UHGV virus genome: UHGV-0101699 | DNA length: 64,000 nt | Origin: a virus | Strand: one strand, 5' to 3' | Part shown: piece after piece, positions 29,824 through 39,575 of the stretch | Layout: each line of letters opens with the position of its first letter | Numbering within the stretch: position 1 is the first letter of the stretch | Notes under the pieces: generated by a model | Told to the model about the DNA's origin: nothing | Seen by the model: only the letters and a program-made list of their open reading frames with translations | The model's database searches: none | Position numbers and translations under genes: made by a program

Positions 29824-31729
29824 AGCTGCGACCCTCTTTCACTTCCACTGTGATGGTTTCCCGGAACCATGACTTCATTTCTTTGTGAGAGATGATCATC
29901 ACCGTGCCGCGCTCGCGCGCTTTTGCTTCCAGAATACCCATCAGACGCTCCAGCCCGGCAGTATCCAGCGCATCGTCAATTTCATCACCGATAAACAGCT
30001 CGATGTTCTTGCTCGCGCGGCTGGCCACCAGATCCTGCAGAGCCAGGGAGCACGCAATGCGCACTTTGCGTTTTTCGCCACCTGACAATGTCTGGAAGGT
30101 TTTGCTGGCGCCGATCTTGCGCACGCTGATATTGAACTTATCGCGCCATTCGCCCTTCTTGGTTGATTCCATCGTTGACCATTCCGCCACAATGTTTCCG
30201 TCCGACAGTGTATTGAGATATTCCGCTGTCTGGGCATTCAGGAAAGGCGTCACGGAGGTCAGGATGTGCGAGCGAACGCCGGCAGGAGAGTAGACCTGGC
30301 GCGCTTTATCAAGCAGCAGAGCCTGCTCCTGTATATTCTTTAACTCAGTTTTAAGTACACCATAGTTAGATTTATTGGCAGCCAGGCTTTCTTCATGGCG
30401 TTTGATGACAGCCAGAAATGGGTTAGTTTCTTTGGTAATGCGATCTACTTCGCTCCGCGCCCGGGCAACCAAAGCTTCTACAGCTACGACTTCTTTTTCC
30501 CGATGACGAAGCGTTCCCAGCTCTTTAGTCAGTTGTTCGATTCGGGAAATAATGGCAGACACATCTGGTGTACTGGCGACAAGTGATGATTCAATTTTGA
30601 GCGCCTTCTCAAGATGCTCTTGGTATTTAGCCACTGACGTTGCAGATGCCTGCGCTTGGCTGATCTCACTGCGCGCCTGTTCAACAAAACTCTCCTTCAC
30701 GATGGACAGATCTTCAACGCAATAAGCCTTGCCACAGGTAGGGCACGGCTCTCCGACTTTGGTATTTACTTCTTCCGCTTTCACCTTGAGTGCGCGAGCA
30801 CGTTGCATCGCTTCCTTCTGGATGTTTTCGGTAATGCGGATGCTGGCACGTATATCAGTGATCGCTCCACGAACCTTAACCAGCTTGGCGTCATGTTCTT
30901 CTTTGGACGCAAGTTTTTCCCGCTCTTTACCGATGGCATTTTCAGTATCGCGGATCTGCTCTGGCAGACTGCGCAACTCCATTTCGACCTCAGTGAGCGT
31001 GACTTCCGCCCCAACCAGATCGGCACGGGCGACATCAAGCCGTTTGCTGCGGTCTCGCTCCCAGGCTTCAGAAGAGGTTTTGGCAGACTCCAGCTCATTC
31101 TGGGCCGATTCGACCAGAGACAAGCAGGCGTCCATCTTGGTTTTAGTGGTCTCCATGCGTGCGGCAGCTGCGTTGGCTCGTTCGCGAGCAATCGCGTAGG
31201 CTTTGGTGAGACGATCGACGCCGGCAGCCTCTTCTACGATGGTTTTGAGGTTTTTATCCGACATGCCAGGCAAATCAGGCATCGCCTCCTGACTGGCGTA
31301 GATCGATGCCATAAATACTTCTTTTGACGCACCGATCAGTCGCTCTACAAACTCCTGGGTGAGCGAATCTTTACCCTTTGTCATGTCGCCGTCTTCGCCA
31401 CGGACAATAAGCCGGTTTTTAAATTCCTTATGCTTGCGGTGACGGATAATGGCGTAGCGTTTACCTTCGTCTTCAATGGTGACTTTTACTCGACAGTTCT
31501 TCTCATGGCCCGTAGAGAGAACGTCGTCACCTTTAACGCCATGGGATGTCTCGCCATAAATACACCACATCAAACTATTCATGAGGGTTGATTTGCCAGC
31601 GCCATTGCTGGCGGCCGATGAGTCCCCGGCATTAACACCCTGGATGAGCACCAGCCCACGCTGATCAAGCTCGACCTTGGCGTTTGCCAGCGCCATGAAG
31701 TTTTCCACTTCGAGCGTTAAAAATTTCAT
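29813..31729 (-). CDS. SbcC/Rad50-like ATPase (recombination nuclease subunit)
   Basis: Walker A NGAGKST at N-terminus, long coiled-coil with CPTC zinc hook, C-terminal signature/Walker B. Confidence 0.8.
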   Translation of the reverse strand: MKFLTLEVENFMALANAKVELDQRGLVLIQGVNAGDSSAASNGAGKSTLMNSLMWCIYGETSHGVKGDDVLSTGHEKNCRVKVTIEDEGKRYAIIRHRKHKEFKNRLIVRGEDGDMTKGKDSLTQEFVERLIGASKEVFMASIYASQEAMPDLPGMSDKNLKTIVEEAAGVDRLTKAYAIARERANAAAARMETTKTKMDACLSLVESAQNELESAKTSSEAWERDRSKRLDVARADLVGAEVTLTEVEMELRSLPEQIRDTENAIGKEREKLASKEEHDAKLVKVRGAITDIRASIRITENIQKEAMQRARALKVKAEEVNTKVGEPCPTCGKAYCVEDLSIVKESFVEQARSEISQAQASATSVAKYQEHLEKALKIESSLVASTPDVSAIISRIEQLTKELGTLRHREKEVVAVEALVARARSEVDRITKETNPFLAVIKRHEESLAANKSNYGVLKTELKNIQEQALLLDKARQVYSPAGVRSHILTSVTPFLNAQTAEYLNTLSDGNIVAEWSTMESTKKGEWRDKFNISVRKIGASKTFQTLSGGEKRKVRIACSLALQDLVASRASKNIELFIGDEIDDALDTAGLERLMGILEAKARERGTVMIISHKEMKSWFRETITVEVKEGRSYVV

Positions 31730-32004
31730 GCTTTGCCTCGAATTGCTTTAGTCAATTTCTGCCCTTTGCGAAGGCGGTATTCCGTATGTGCCGGGAAGGA
31801 GTTGCGTGACAGGAGGCCACGTTTCGTTAGTTGACCAAGGTAAAACGCCTGTGGGTTTCCTTCTGGCGGATAGGGCTTCTGGAATAAAACGGGCTTCCCG
31901 CTTTCAAGCCGTTTAATCATCTGGATGAAATCCCAGAAATTATTGTGGGAGGAAGTCACTACACCGCCTCCGCACTTTCCGCTTCGGTGAGGATCTCCTG
32001 ACAC
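31726..32004 (-). CDS. hypothetical small protein
   Basis: 92-aa ORF overlapping the SbcD-like gene end. Confidence 0.4.
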   Translation of the reverse strand: MSGDPHRSGKCGGGVVTSSHNNFWDFIQMIKRLESGKPVLFQKPYPPEGNPQAFYLGQLTKRGLLSRNSFPAHTEYRLRKGQKLTKAIRGKA

Positions 32005-33044
32005 AAGGCATTCAGTTTGGTCAGGTCAAATCCACCGTCTGTGTCATGAACGATTTTGCAGTAAGCAGAAACAGACTCGCCAAGGCTGTCGATTTTGCTG
32101 GTCTCTGAGGTGCTGGCAGTACCCTCCATCATTGAGCCCTTGCGGATGAAGTTGCATACAACACCTTTCGCTCCCATGGACTTCAGGACGTTCTGCAGCT
32201 TGATGCCTTCCTCATCGTTTTCGACGACGGCCCGGAAGCGCACGTAATTGCCGCGTATCTGCTTGTCATCCACATCGTCTTCCAGGTTTACGAATTTCGG
32301 CGCCGAGGTTTCGAAATGACTGAACGAGCCGTCAGGGTTCACAATCATGTATCCCGCCAGCGAACCTACGTCCCCCCAGTTTTGGTGCGTCAGCGCGCCG
32401 ACACTGATAACTCCGGGGATCACCTCCTTGTGGTTGTGGTAATGGCCGGACAGTACCAGGCGAAAGCCTATGTCTTTCAGCTCCTGCGCATCGATGCCAA
32501 CATCAGGCATTGTGGGGATAGCTTTGTTGATGGCGGTATGAATCACGACGTCGTGCAGATCCCCGTCAAGCCGCGCACGAAGTGCTTTCAGGTCGCTAAT
32601 TAACTCGGCATGGTTGTTTCGCCAGCTCACCATATGGACTGTGACATCACCCAATTTGATGCTGTGTGGCTTACGGCCGCAGACGATCTGTACACCAATC
32701 GACTTCAGCGCCGCTGCGGCGTTAGCGCTGTAGACAGAGTCGTTTGTTTCCAGGTCATGGTTGCCGGCCAGCATAGCAACGCTGAGCCCCAGATCTTTGA
32801 CGATCCACTCATAGGCATCGGAGACGTAGTTGAGTACGGTAGGGGATACGGTTCCGCGGACGTGGAATGTGTCGCCGGCCACCAGCATGTGGCTGCAGCC
32901 CGCTTTTTTCATAGCTATGGCCGCTTCTTTTGTGGCCTCCAGCTGAATGGCTAGCCGAGAATTGAGACCATCTGCATCGGTCGTCGAGAATGAATCCCAT
33001 TTGTGGTAATGGGGATCGGAGATCACCCCATATGGCAACGTCAT
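31959..33044 (-). CDS. SbcD/Mre11-like nuclease
   Basis: Calcineurin-like phosphoesterase motifs (ISDPHYH, VAGDTFH, GNHD, GHYH). Confidence 0.8.
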   Translation of the reverse strand: MTLPYGVISDPHYHKWDSFSTTDADGLNSRLAIQLEATKEAAIAMKKAGCSHMLVAGDTFHVRGTVSPTVLNYVSDAYEWIVKDLGLSVAMLAGNHDLETNDSVYSANAAAALKSIGVQIVCGRKPHSIKLGDVTVHMVSWRNNHAELISDLKALRARLDGDLHDVVIHTAINKAIPTMPDVGIDAQELKDIGFRLVLSGHYHNHKEVIPGVISVGALTHQNWGDVGSLAGYMIVNPDGSFSHFETSAPKFVNLEDDVDDKQIRGNYVRFRAVVENDEEGIKLQNVLKSMGAKGVVCNFIRKGSMMEGTASTSETSKIDSLGESVSAYCKIVHDTDGGFDLTKLNALCQEILTEAESAEAV

Positions 33045-33231
33045 GTGTATTTTCCTTTGTGGTTATTTTGATATAGATTATAAGCATGTAAAACAGGCCA
33101 ACAACCAAGTAAACACGGCACATTAGAAAATCTACAGGCTGGATATTATGGCAAAATAGATAAGTAAGTACATACCTATTTTATAAGGTAGAGCTAGACA
33201 CTTAAGTAAGATCTAGACTCTGGGTGTGGTC

Positions 33232-33726
33232 TCAGCGTGGGTTGCGGAAAAGCAGTTGTGTGCCAGTGGGGCTGGTATCAACAAGATGAAAGCCACGGCG
33301 CTTAAGCATTTCAGCCATTTTTGTCGATTTGACGTAACACTTTGCCATCATTGGTAGTGGTGCGTTTGAGTCAATCATATCCGACAGGAACATCGAACCA
33401 TATCCTTTACCCTGCATAGATTTGGTGATACAGAAGGTACGGAGTTCAAGACGTTGATATCCAGCCGGATCAATCTCAGGAGTAAACCAGATCAGGCCAA
33501 TTTTTTTATCGTCTGAACGACGAAGCAGGATGAAGATGAAATGGCCTGACTCACCATTAGCGTCGCGAATCTTAATGGCTTCACGCATTTGTTTTTCAAA
33601 CTTCTTCCCACCGGCTTGCGTGATGATCTCATTTGTAAAGTGACCAAGACGTGCTCCTTCCTCGAATTCATGCATCAGAAAGGGCATATCAGCCAGAGTA
33701 ATCTCTCTTGAGTAAAAATCGTCCAT
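33232..33726 (-). CDS. GNAT family N-acetyltransferase
   Basis: Acetyl-CoA-binding motif QGKGYGSMFL and beta-strand pattern typical of GNAT. Confidence 0.6.
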   Translation of the reverse strand: MDDFYSREITLADMPFLMHEFEEGARLGHFTNEIITQAGGKKFEKQMREAIKIRDANGESGHFIFILLRRSDDKKIGLIWFTPEIDPAGYQRLELRTFCITKSMQGKGYGSMFLSDMIDSNAPLPMMAKCYVKSTKMAEMLKRRGFHLVDTSPTGTQLLFRNPR

Positions 33727-33801
33727 ATATCACTCCCTTGGCTTCTCAGATGCATTCTAAGCTACGCTATTTTGTATTCGCGTAAAGACCCCTTTGTTCG
33801 C

Positions 33802-34446
33802 TTAGGGTTCGTCAGAGAGCTTCTGACGCGCATTTGCGATGCTAAAAACTTCTGCTTTTGGCCGAGGGTCGACTAAATCGAGTTCTGCTTCGCTGTGATA
33901 CTCGATATCAAAGTCCCGTTTGATGTGTCTGATGTAAATCGCTGTGAGCAGGCTGTCTTCTTTCAGGAAGTGGCCATAGGATCGGCGGATCACTTCACCT
34001 ACTTTTTCGATCTTCTCTCCGCCCATACAGAGGTGATTGAATCGACTGTGCTTTCTCAGCATTTCATCAACTGGCCCAGAGTAAACCTTATCCACGACAC
34101 CGAATCGAAGGATCTTCGCAGTATCAGCTTCAACCAGGCAGACAATCTTCCCCTCGGTCAATCTGTCACGCCAGGTAACGCCTGAACGCATAGTGTTGAA
34201 GTAGGGGGTATCCAGACCGATGATCGGTTTTCGAAATGCCAGCAGCGGTACGTATCTGGCACAGCTGTTCAGGTGGAAGTTAACGCCGGCGTCACGCAAC
34301 TTGAGTCGGGTCTCGTTGATGTTGCACTTCGAGGCTATGCCACACAGGCTGCAGAGAACCTTCTCGTTGCTCAGTGTGGAGTTTGATTCTATGGTGTAGG
34401 TTCCGTCTTCCAGACGGCGTACCCAACGTGTGCGTTTTAAGTCCAT
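33802..34446 (-). CDS. hypothetical protein (214 aa)
   Basis: ORF. Confidence 0.55.
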   Translation of the reverse strand: MDLKRTRWVRRLEDGTYTIESNSTLSNEKVLCSLCGIASKCNINETRLKLRDAGVNFHLNSCARYVPLLAFRKPIIGLDTPYFNTMRSGVTWRDRLTEGKIVCLVEADTAKILRFGVVDKVYSGPVDEMLRKHSRFNHLCMGGEKIEKVGEVIRRSYGHFLKEDSLLTAIYIRHIKRDFDIEYHSEAELDLVDPRPKAEVFSIANARQKLSDEP

Positions 34447-34523
34447 GTTCTCGTTTTAGTGATTGTTGACCGGAACCACGATAGCTTACTAGGCACACCT
34501 GTAATCGCAAATGCCTGTTTTAC

Positions 34524-34540
34524 TTATCCACTTATCCACT
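34524..34540 (+). promoter_or_regulatory. two tandem DnaA boxes (TTATCCACT x2)
   Basis: 8/9 match to TTATCCACA consensus, overlapping tandem. Confidence 0.6.
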
Positions 34541-34545
34541 GGTTA

Positions 34546-34604
34546 GATCCCAATAATAAGATCCCTATACAGATCCCTATATAGATCCAAAGAGATCCCC
34601 GATC
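34546..34604. repeat. cluster of six GATC sites in AGATCCC(T)ATA-type repeats (Dam-methylation-dependent origin element)
   Basis: GATC at 34546, 34560, 34572, 34584, 34594, 34601. Confidence 0.6.
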
Positions 34605-34645
34605 GCCGCAGGCCGCGCCACGCCTGGGCTAAGGACTGATCCGTG

Positions 34646-34746
34646 TATGCTGTCAGCGGTAAACGATATGCTGTCAGCGGTACGGTATATGCTGCCAACG
34701 GTTTTGTGTATGCTATCAGCGGTAATTGACGTATGCTGTCAGCGGT
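34646..34746. repeat. five 15-bp iterons (TATGCTGTCAGCGGT, about 21-bp spacing), origin/incC-like
   Basis: Copies at 34646, 34667, 34687 (variant), 34709 (variant), 34732. Confidence 0.8.
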
Positions 34747-34766
34747 TAGAACCAAAAGGTATCCAC

Positions 34767-35864
34767 ATGTCCACAAGAAAGAAAAAAGAGAGCGATATCA
34801 AAGAAATACCTGAAGATAACGAAATTCTTGAGGAAGAAGCTCTCACTTTGTACACAGGTGACTTAGTTCCTAACAGCAACAATACGGTGCAGCCAATCGC
34901 TTTAATGCGTCTTGGCCTCTTTGTGCCGACACTCAAAGGAACGAAAAATAGCTCTCGCAACAAGTCCAACATGATCGACGCATCCAGAGAGCTTGTCCAG
35001 CTGGAAGTCGCGCGGTCAGAGGGTTATTCAAACATTAAAATCACCGGTCCGCGACTGGATATGGATCATGATTTCAAAACCTGGGTTGGTGTTGTTCGCT
35101 CTCTGGCTGAATACGGCGAGCCAACCGGGCGCGTAGAGCTGAGCATAACGAAGTTCGCCAAGTTCTGCGGCTACCCGTCCTCGCAGATCCGCAAAACCCT
35201 GCGAGACCGCCTGACAAACAGCCTGCTCAAGATCATGCGCACGACGCTGTCGTTCCAGCGCACTCATGAAGAGAAGAACGTCGACGACACCAACAAGATA
35301 TCCCTGTTGATGGTTCACCTCATAAACAGCGTTGATTACAACGAGAAGAAAGACTCTATTGTCTTTTATGCTGAACCTAAGCTGTCTGAGCTCTATCGCT
35401 TTGACCACAAAGTTCTGCTGCAGTTAAAGGTCATCAACAAGCTCCCGCGCAAGGAGACGGCCCAGGCGCTGTATACTTTCATCGAAAGTCTTCCTCCTAA
35501 GCCGGCACCGGTATCTCTTGCCCGGCTGCGCGCCAGGCTCAATCTGAGCACGCGCAACGTCAGCTCGCAAAACCAGACTATCAGGAACGGATTGAAGTCA
35601 CTGCAAGAGCTGGGCTATCTCGAATATAGCGAGGTTAAGCGTGGCCGTTCTGTCTACATCCAGATCCACAGTCGTAACCCAAAACTGAAAGTAACATCGA
35701 GCAAACCCGAGAAGCCAGAGGCGCCTAAGCAGGCAGAAGAAGCGAAGGGTGAAATTGATGCGAAACAGAACCTCAAAAACAAAATTTCTGAGCTGTCGCA
35801 GAACCTGACGCCAGAGAATATCAAGCTGATCGAGATACTCACCAATAGCCTCAAGTTGCTTTGA
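34767..35864 (+). CDS. repA: plasmid-type replication initiator (iteron-binding RepA-like)
   Basis: 365-aa plus-strand gene bracketed by iteron arrays, after DnaA boxes and GATC cluster; basic protein. Confidence 0.7.
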   Translation: MSTRKKKESDIKEIPEDNEILEEEALTLYTGDLVPNSNNTVQPIALMRLGLFVPTLKGTKNSSRNKSNMIDASRELVQLEVARSEGYSNIKITGPRLDMDHDFKTWVGVVRSLAEYGEPTGRVELSITKFAKFCGYPSSQIRKTLRDRLTNSLLKIMRTTLSFQRTHEEKNVDDTNKISLLMVHLINSVDYNEKKDSIVFYAEPKLSELYRFDHKVLLQLKVINKLPRKETAQALYTFIESLPPKPAPVSLARLRARLNLSTRNVSSQNQTIRNGLKSLQELGYLEYSEVKRGRSVYIQIHSRNPKLKVTSSKPEKPEAPKQAEEAKGEIDAKQNLKNKISELSQNLTPENIKLIEILTNSLKLL

Positions 35865-36131
35865 TACGCTGTCAGCGGTTCAACATATGCTGTCAGCGGT
35901 TCTTTTGTCTCAATGTATGCTGTCAGCGGTAAAACGTATGCTGTCAGCGGTACATTTCCACTATCTGCGGTCTTTATAAATCGACATGGCTAACGTCTAA
36001 GGGCAACTGCTGCCCTATGAATGTATGCTGTCAGCGGTGAAAGATATGCTGTCAGCGGTAAAACGTATGCTGTGAACGGCACAAGGTATGCTGCCAGCGG
36101 TAATTCACTGTCAACGTATGCTGTGAGCGGT
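35865..36131. repeat. nine to ten iterons in two sub-clusters (incA-like copy-control array)
   Basis: TATGCTGTCAGCGGT and variants at 35865, 35886, 35916, 35937, 35959 (degenerate), 36024, 36045, 36066, 36087, 36117. Confidence 0.8.
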
Positions 36132-36315
36132 AATACAGCGCTGGATTAGATATCCTGAAAACGGGCGACGCAGTCGTTGCTTTGCGTCAGGCCCGTGTAG
36201 ATAACAATATGGCTTCCCCAGTGGTCACTAACCGGCTAACCCGCATGAATGCTAGGTTAGTGGTTACTAACAAATGTTATTCCATCACGCTTAAAACGCG
36301 CTGCAGAAACATCGG

Positions 36316-36528
36316 TTAGTGGATCTGCTTGAGCAAACCCCAAAGCGTTTGTGCTTTCGATGTGAGTTTCCCGGTTTCAGGATCAAACATGCGCCATTCC
36401 CTACGCTGGTGGATGATGTAACCGTCTTCGCGTTCCAGACGCTCCAGCATGTCCGGTTTTCGGAAGCCTTTCGCTCTCCAGTAGCCGCTTGTTTTCTCAA
36501 TCTCAAGACCAGTCATTGTGAGAGCCAT
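36316..36528 (-). CDS. hypothetical small protein
   Basis: 70-aa ORF. Confidence 0.4.
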   Translation of the reverse strand: MALTMTGLEIEKTSGYWRAKGFRKPDMLERLEREDGYIIHQRREWRMFDPETGKLTSKAQTLWGLLKQIH

Positions 36529-36864
36529 TAACCAACCTCCTTACATCCGTCAAAAAAGAAACTTTGGTCTTTGCTATGAACGCCGTAGACGTCGTGGGAT
36601 TTGTTGTAGATAAGCTTATCCTCGCCAACGCCAACCAGTTTACCGTTTCGTTTAGCCAGATATGGAGATGAGAGAACCTCATCGCCGCGGACGACATAGA
36701 ACTGCTCTCCGCTATCAACGACCAGCGCGCCGAAGTCAGCTTTAGTAGGTCTGCTGATTTGATCATTTTTCACCTGCGATACGGTCATATCGCATTGGTA
36801 AATTCGGGTATCCGCCAGCAGAGAGAAGGAGAGGGCGGCCAGCAGTAGCGTTATTTTTCTCATA
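36528..36864 (-). CDS. small secreted protein (signal peptide MRKITLLLAALSFSLLA)
   Basis: Internal ATG with signal peptide; the longer ORF-track form has an unlikely N-terminus. Confidence 0.5.
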
Positions 36865-37398
36865 CCACTATCCCTGTGTAGACCTGTGCTGTAGAGGTGA
36901 CGACCAGCACCAGTGCGAGCATGTTCACAGTGGTTCCGTTGACAGGAGACAGAGCTTTCTTGAGTGTCCCGATCATCAGGCAGTCCAACATAAACAGTAT
37001 TGAAAAGATGAGTAACAGGATATCTATGTATATCTTCATAATAGGTAAATACTAACTTATATATTTTGAGCTGTAAATGGCTACGGAAGAGCGCCAAGGC
37101 CTGGAATTCCCTAAGGATGGCGAGTCCAGAGCCATTCACCATAAGCAGTGGCTAAGCATCACTTTCAGTACTGGCAGATATCCAAACTAATATTCTCATG
37201 TGCTTCTCCTTTGTGGTTTATGTACTTACTTATTATTCTGATCGAGAGAAGGGGAGCAATCGTCCTGTTCAGGTGATGGCTCATCTATTAGAGCAATGAC
37301 CTCGCGCAGCTGAGCGGCCCATTCAGGCTCAGGTAAGCCTTGGGCGATTTCTGCGTCGATAACATCGAGCGCGGCATTGGCCGCATCCCAGAGCCTCT

Positions 37399-38133
37399 TC
37401 ACTTTGATTCTCCCTTCTCTAGCAAACTTTTAATGTCAATCTGTAGGTTGTCTGGCCCTTCGATCACGTCGGACATCCCAGCTCTCATTGCGGCGCCAGA
37501 TACGTATGCCTCAATTTCCGCCTTGCCTGACGATACGATTTTATCCATCGACTCCTGCATCAACCTGGTGGAGAAAGAAAGATTAGATGGCAAATTGGCC
37601 GTAGCTGCGCGCAAAGATGCATACACATCCTCCAGCTCACGCTTCCCTGCTCTGCCCTTCTTAACCAGCTCTCCTAAACGAGCAACTTCGTCCATAATCC
37701 GTTCAATTTCTTTAGATGCCGTTGCCTCAATTTGAGACTCGAACTTGTCACGAATGCTCTTCTGTTCTGCAATATCAGGGAGACGTTCTGCATCTCCTGA
37801 ACTGCGGTAAGAAATTGTGCAAGGCACCCCATCGCCAACGCCGAAGCTGCTGACCATTGCTGCCCACTGGGCCTGGCTGAGTCGAATTTCTACGATCGGT
37901 CTGCGCTTATAGGTGCTTCTTCTAGGGGTCGGATGCTCACGATCCATCGTCATTTCTGCTTCGTATACACCGATCTCAATGTATTCGTGGTGTTTCAGCT
38001 CCGAATCGAATAGACGAATGCCGGTTGTATGTACCCGGCTGGTTTTGACAAGACCGAATGCCGGGTGCGACTGGATGGTTTCGCCATGTTTGTTTGTGCT
38101 AGTTATCGGATTTTCAATTCTACGATTGCTCAT
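37399..38133 (-). CDS. hypothetical protein (244 aa)
   Basis: ORF. Confidence 0.55.
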   Translation of the reverse strand: MSNRRIENPITSTNKHGETIQSHPAFGLVKTSRVHTTGIRLFDSELKHHEYIEIGVYEAEMTMDREHPTPRRSTYKRRPIVEIRLSQAQWAAMVSSFGVGDGVPCTISYRSSGDAERLPDIAEQKSIRDKFESQIEATASKEIERIMDEVARLGELVKKGRAGKRELEDVYASLRAATANLPSNLSFSTRLMQESMDKIVSSGKAEIEAYVSGAAMRAGMSDVIEGPDNLQIDIKSLLEKGESK

Positions 38134-38134
38134 A

Positions 38135-38380
38135 TCATCCTCTGTATTCGATAAACGCTAGGGGAAGCTGTTCAACGCTGTAACCGTTTTGCAGCTCGTT
38201 GGTAAAGACACGCTCAACCACTCGTCTGTCTGGGTTGAACATGTAATTTCCGGGATACTTCGTTTTGAATACATTTCCGTCTTTCACCAGCCACCAGGCG
38301 TCCACGATGGCTACCCGGTAACTACGTGGCACTGTCACATTTGACGTTGGGATTGGGATTAATTCCATATTAGTAACCAA
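38135..38380 (-). CDS. hypothetical small protein
   Basis: 81-aa ORF preceded by early-class motif at 38381-38405. Confidence 0.5.
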   Translation of the reverse strand: MVTNMELIPIPTSNVTVPRSYRVAIVDAWWLVKDGNVFKTKYPGNYMFNPDRRVVERVFTNELQNGYSVEQLPLAFIEYRG

Positions 38381-38450
38381 GTTGTTTTCTTATTGGTGAT
38401 AATACCCATAAAAAAACGGCGTCCAATGGACGCCGTAACTTTGTTGAGGG

Positions 38451-39281
38451 CTATTTAATAGTAATGAAAGGAGTGTTTGCGCCCTGTGTCATGTATTGAG
38501 GCAACTGACCATTCCACTTATTGATAGCTTCAAGTTCCATGACATTAGGGTTCTGGCGTAGTGCTTCACCGCGTAATTTAATCGCATCAGCTTCTGCTTG
38601 AGCGCGTTTGCGGATAGCATCAGCTTCACCTTCCGCTTGTTCGCGTAGCATGTTTGCTTCAGCTTTACGTTGCTCGACTTCCTGCTGGCGCTGGAGAGTC
38701 TTCTGGTTCGCGGTAACTTTGGCATTGATGGATTCAATGACAGTGTCAGGGTAGTCAGGTTTCCCTACCCACGACAGACTCAAGACTTCTATGCCTACCG
38801 GTGTCATTTCTTTCTGAATATCTTTGAGTGCATTATCGAGTAGTGCAGCTTTTCCACCGTCAATGAAAGCATCCGTGGTCATGCGGCTAGCAAGTCTGTT
38901 TAAAGAGTCGGCAATCTTCTGGCGAAGATCAGTGTCGGTAATATCATCAACACCTTTCCGATAAGTTTGGAAAACCGTGGTTACCTTGTCGCGATTGACC
39001 AGGTACGCAACACCGATTTTGTGGCCAATTGCAGTACCGTCACTCATTTGAAAAGTGAAAGGTTCATCGTATGTTTTCATCTGCTTAAATGTGGGGAATA
39101 CGTAGAGTTCGGTATTGATGCCCGTCCACTGACGGCCCACGCCAACAACCTCCCCAATTCCCTTGTCTTCGCCTAGTTTGTTGACCTTAATGCCAACGTA
39201 ACCTGGCTCTACACGATCACAACCACTAAGGCCCATCGTACAAATCGCAGCCAGTACTATCGCCAATATACCTTTCTTCAT
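38451..39281 (-). CDS. SPFH/band-7 (prohibitin-like) lipoprotein
   Basis: Lipobox LSGC after signal peptide; SPFH core followed by Ala/Glu-rich coiled-coil (EQRKAEANMLREQAEGEADAIRKRAQAEADAIK). Confidence 0.7.
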   Translation of the reverse strand: MKKGILAIVLAAICTMGLSGCDRVEPGYVGIKVNKLGEDKGIGEVVGVGRQWTGINTELYVFPTFKQMKTYDEPFTFQMSDGTAIGHKIGVAYLVNRDKVTTVFQTYRKGVDDITDTDLRQKIADSLNRLASRMTTDAFIDGGKAALLDNALKDIQKEMTPVGIEVLSLSWVGKPDYPDTVIESINAKVTANQKTLQRQQEVEQRKAEANMLREQAEGEADAIRKRAQAEADAIKLRGEALRQNPNVMELEAINKWNGQLPQYMTQGANTPFITIK

Positions 39282-39484
39282 TACTTATTCTCCTGAGATT
39301 TTTTGAGTGAGTTGATATACCGGCGTCCTGCGATGAGACCTACAACTGGGAACCCAAAAGCCATAAAAAGGCCGATTAACAGAGCCACATCGCTTTTAGC
39401 CGAAACAAGCGAAGGGACCAGCAATCCGTAAACAAAAGCGACTGATAACACAGTCAAAACCGCCATCAGATAACCTTTAATCAT
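39281..39484 (-). CDS. small membrane protein (2 TM) coupled upstream of the SPFH gene
   Basis: 67-aa hydrophobic ORF; stop/start overlap with the SPFH gene. Confidence 0.5.
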   Translation of the reverse strand: MIKGYLMAVLTVLSVAFVYGLLVPSLVSAKSDVALLIGLFMAFGFPVVGLIAGRRYINSLKKSQENK

Positions 39485-39575
39485 GTGTGTCCTTACGTTG
39501 TTTTGTTTTCAAATGATAAGTAAGTACTTATATATTTTCAAGTATCAAAATAGGCGTCCAATGGACGCCTTTACG

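Noticed and set aside
30656-31327. Long plus-strand ORFs inside the SbcC-like gene (30656-31327, 30729-31199) and inside the FEN gene (42259-43074)
   Set aside because: They are antisense to well-supported genes with recognisable domains and have biased low-complexity translations.
34646-36131. Regularly spaced 15-bp direct repeats resembling a CRISPR array
   Set aside because: Units are only 15 bp with 5-8 bp variable gaps. They flank a rep gene on both sides with DnaA boxes and GATC sites, and no cas genes are present. This is the iteron architecture of a theta-type plasmid origin.
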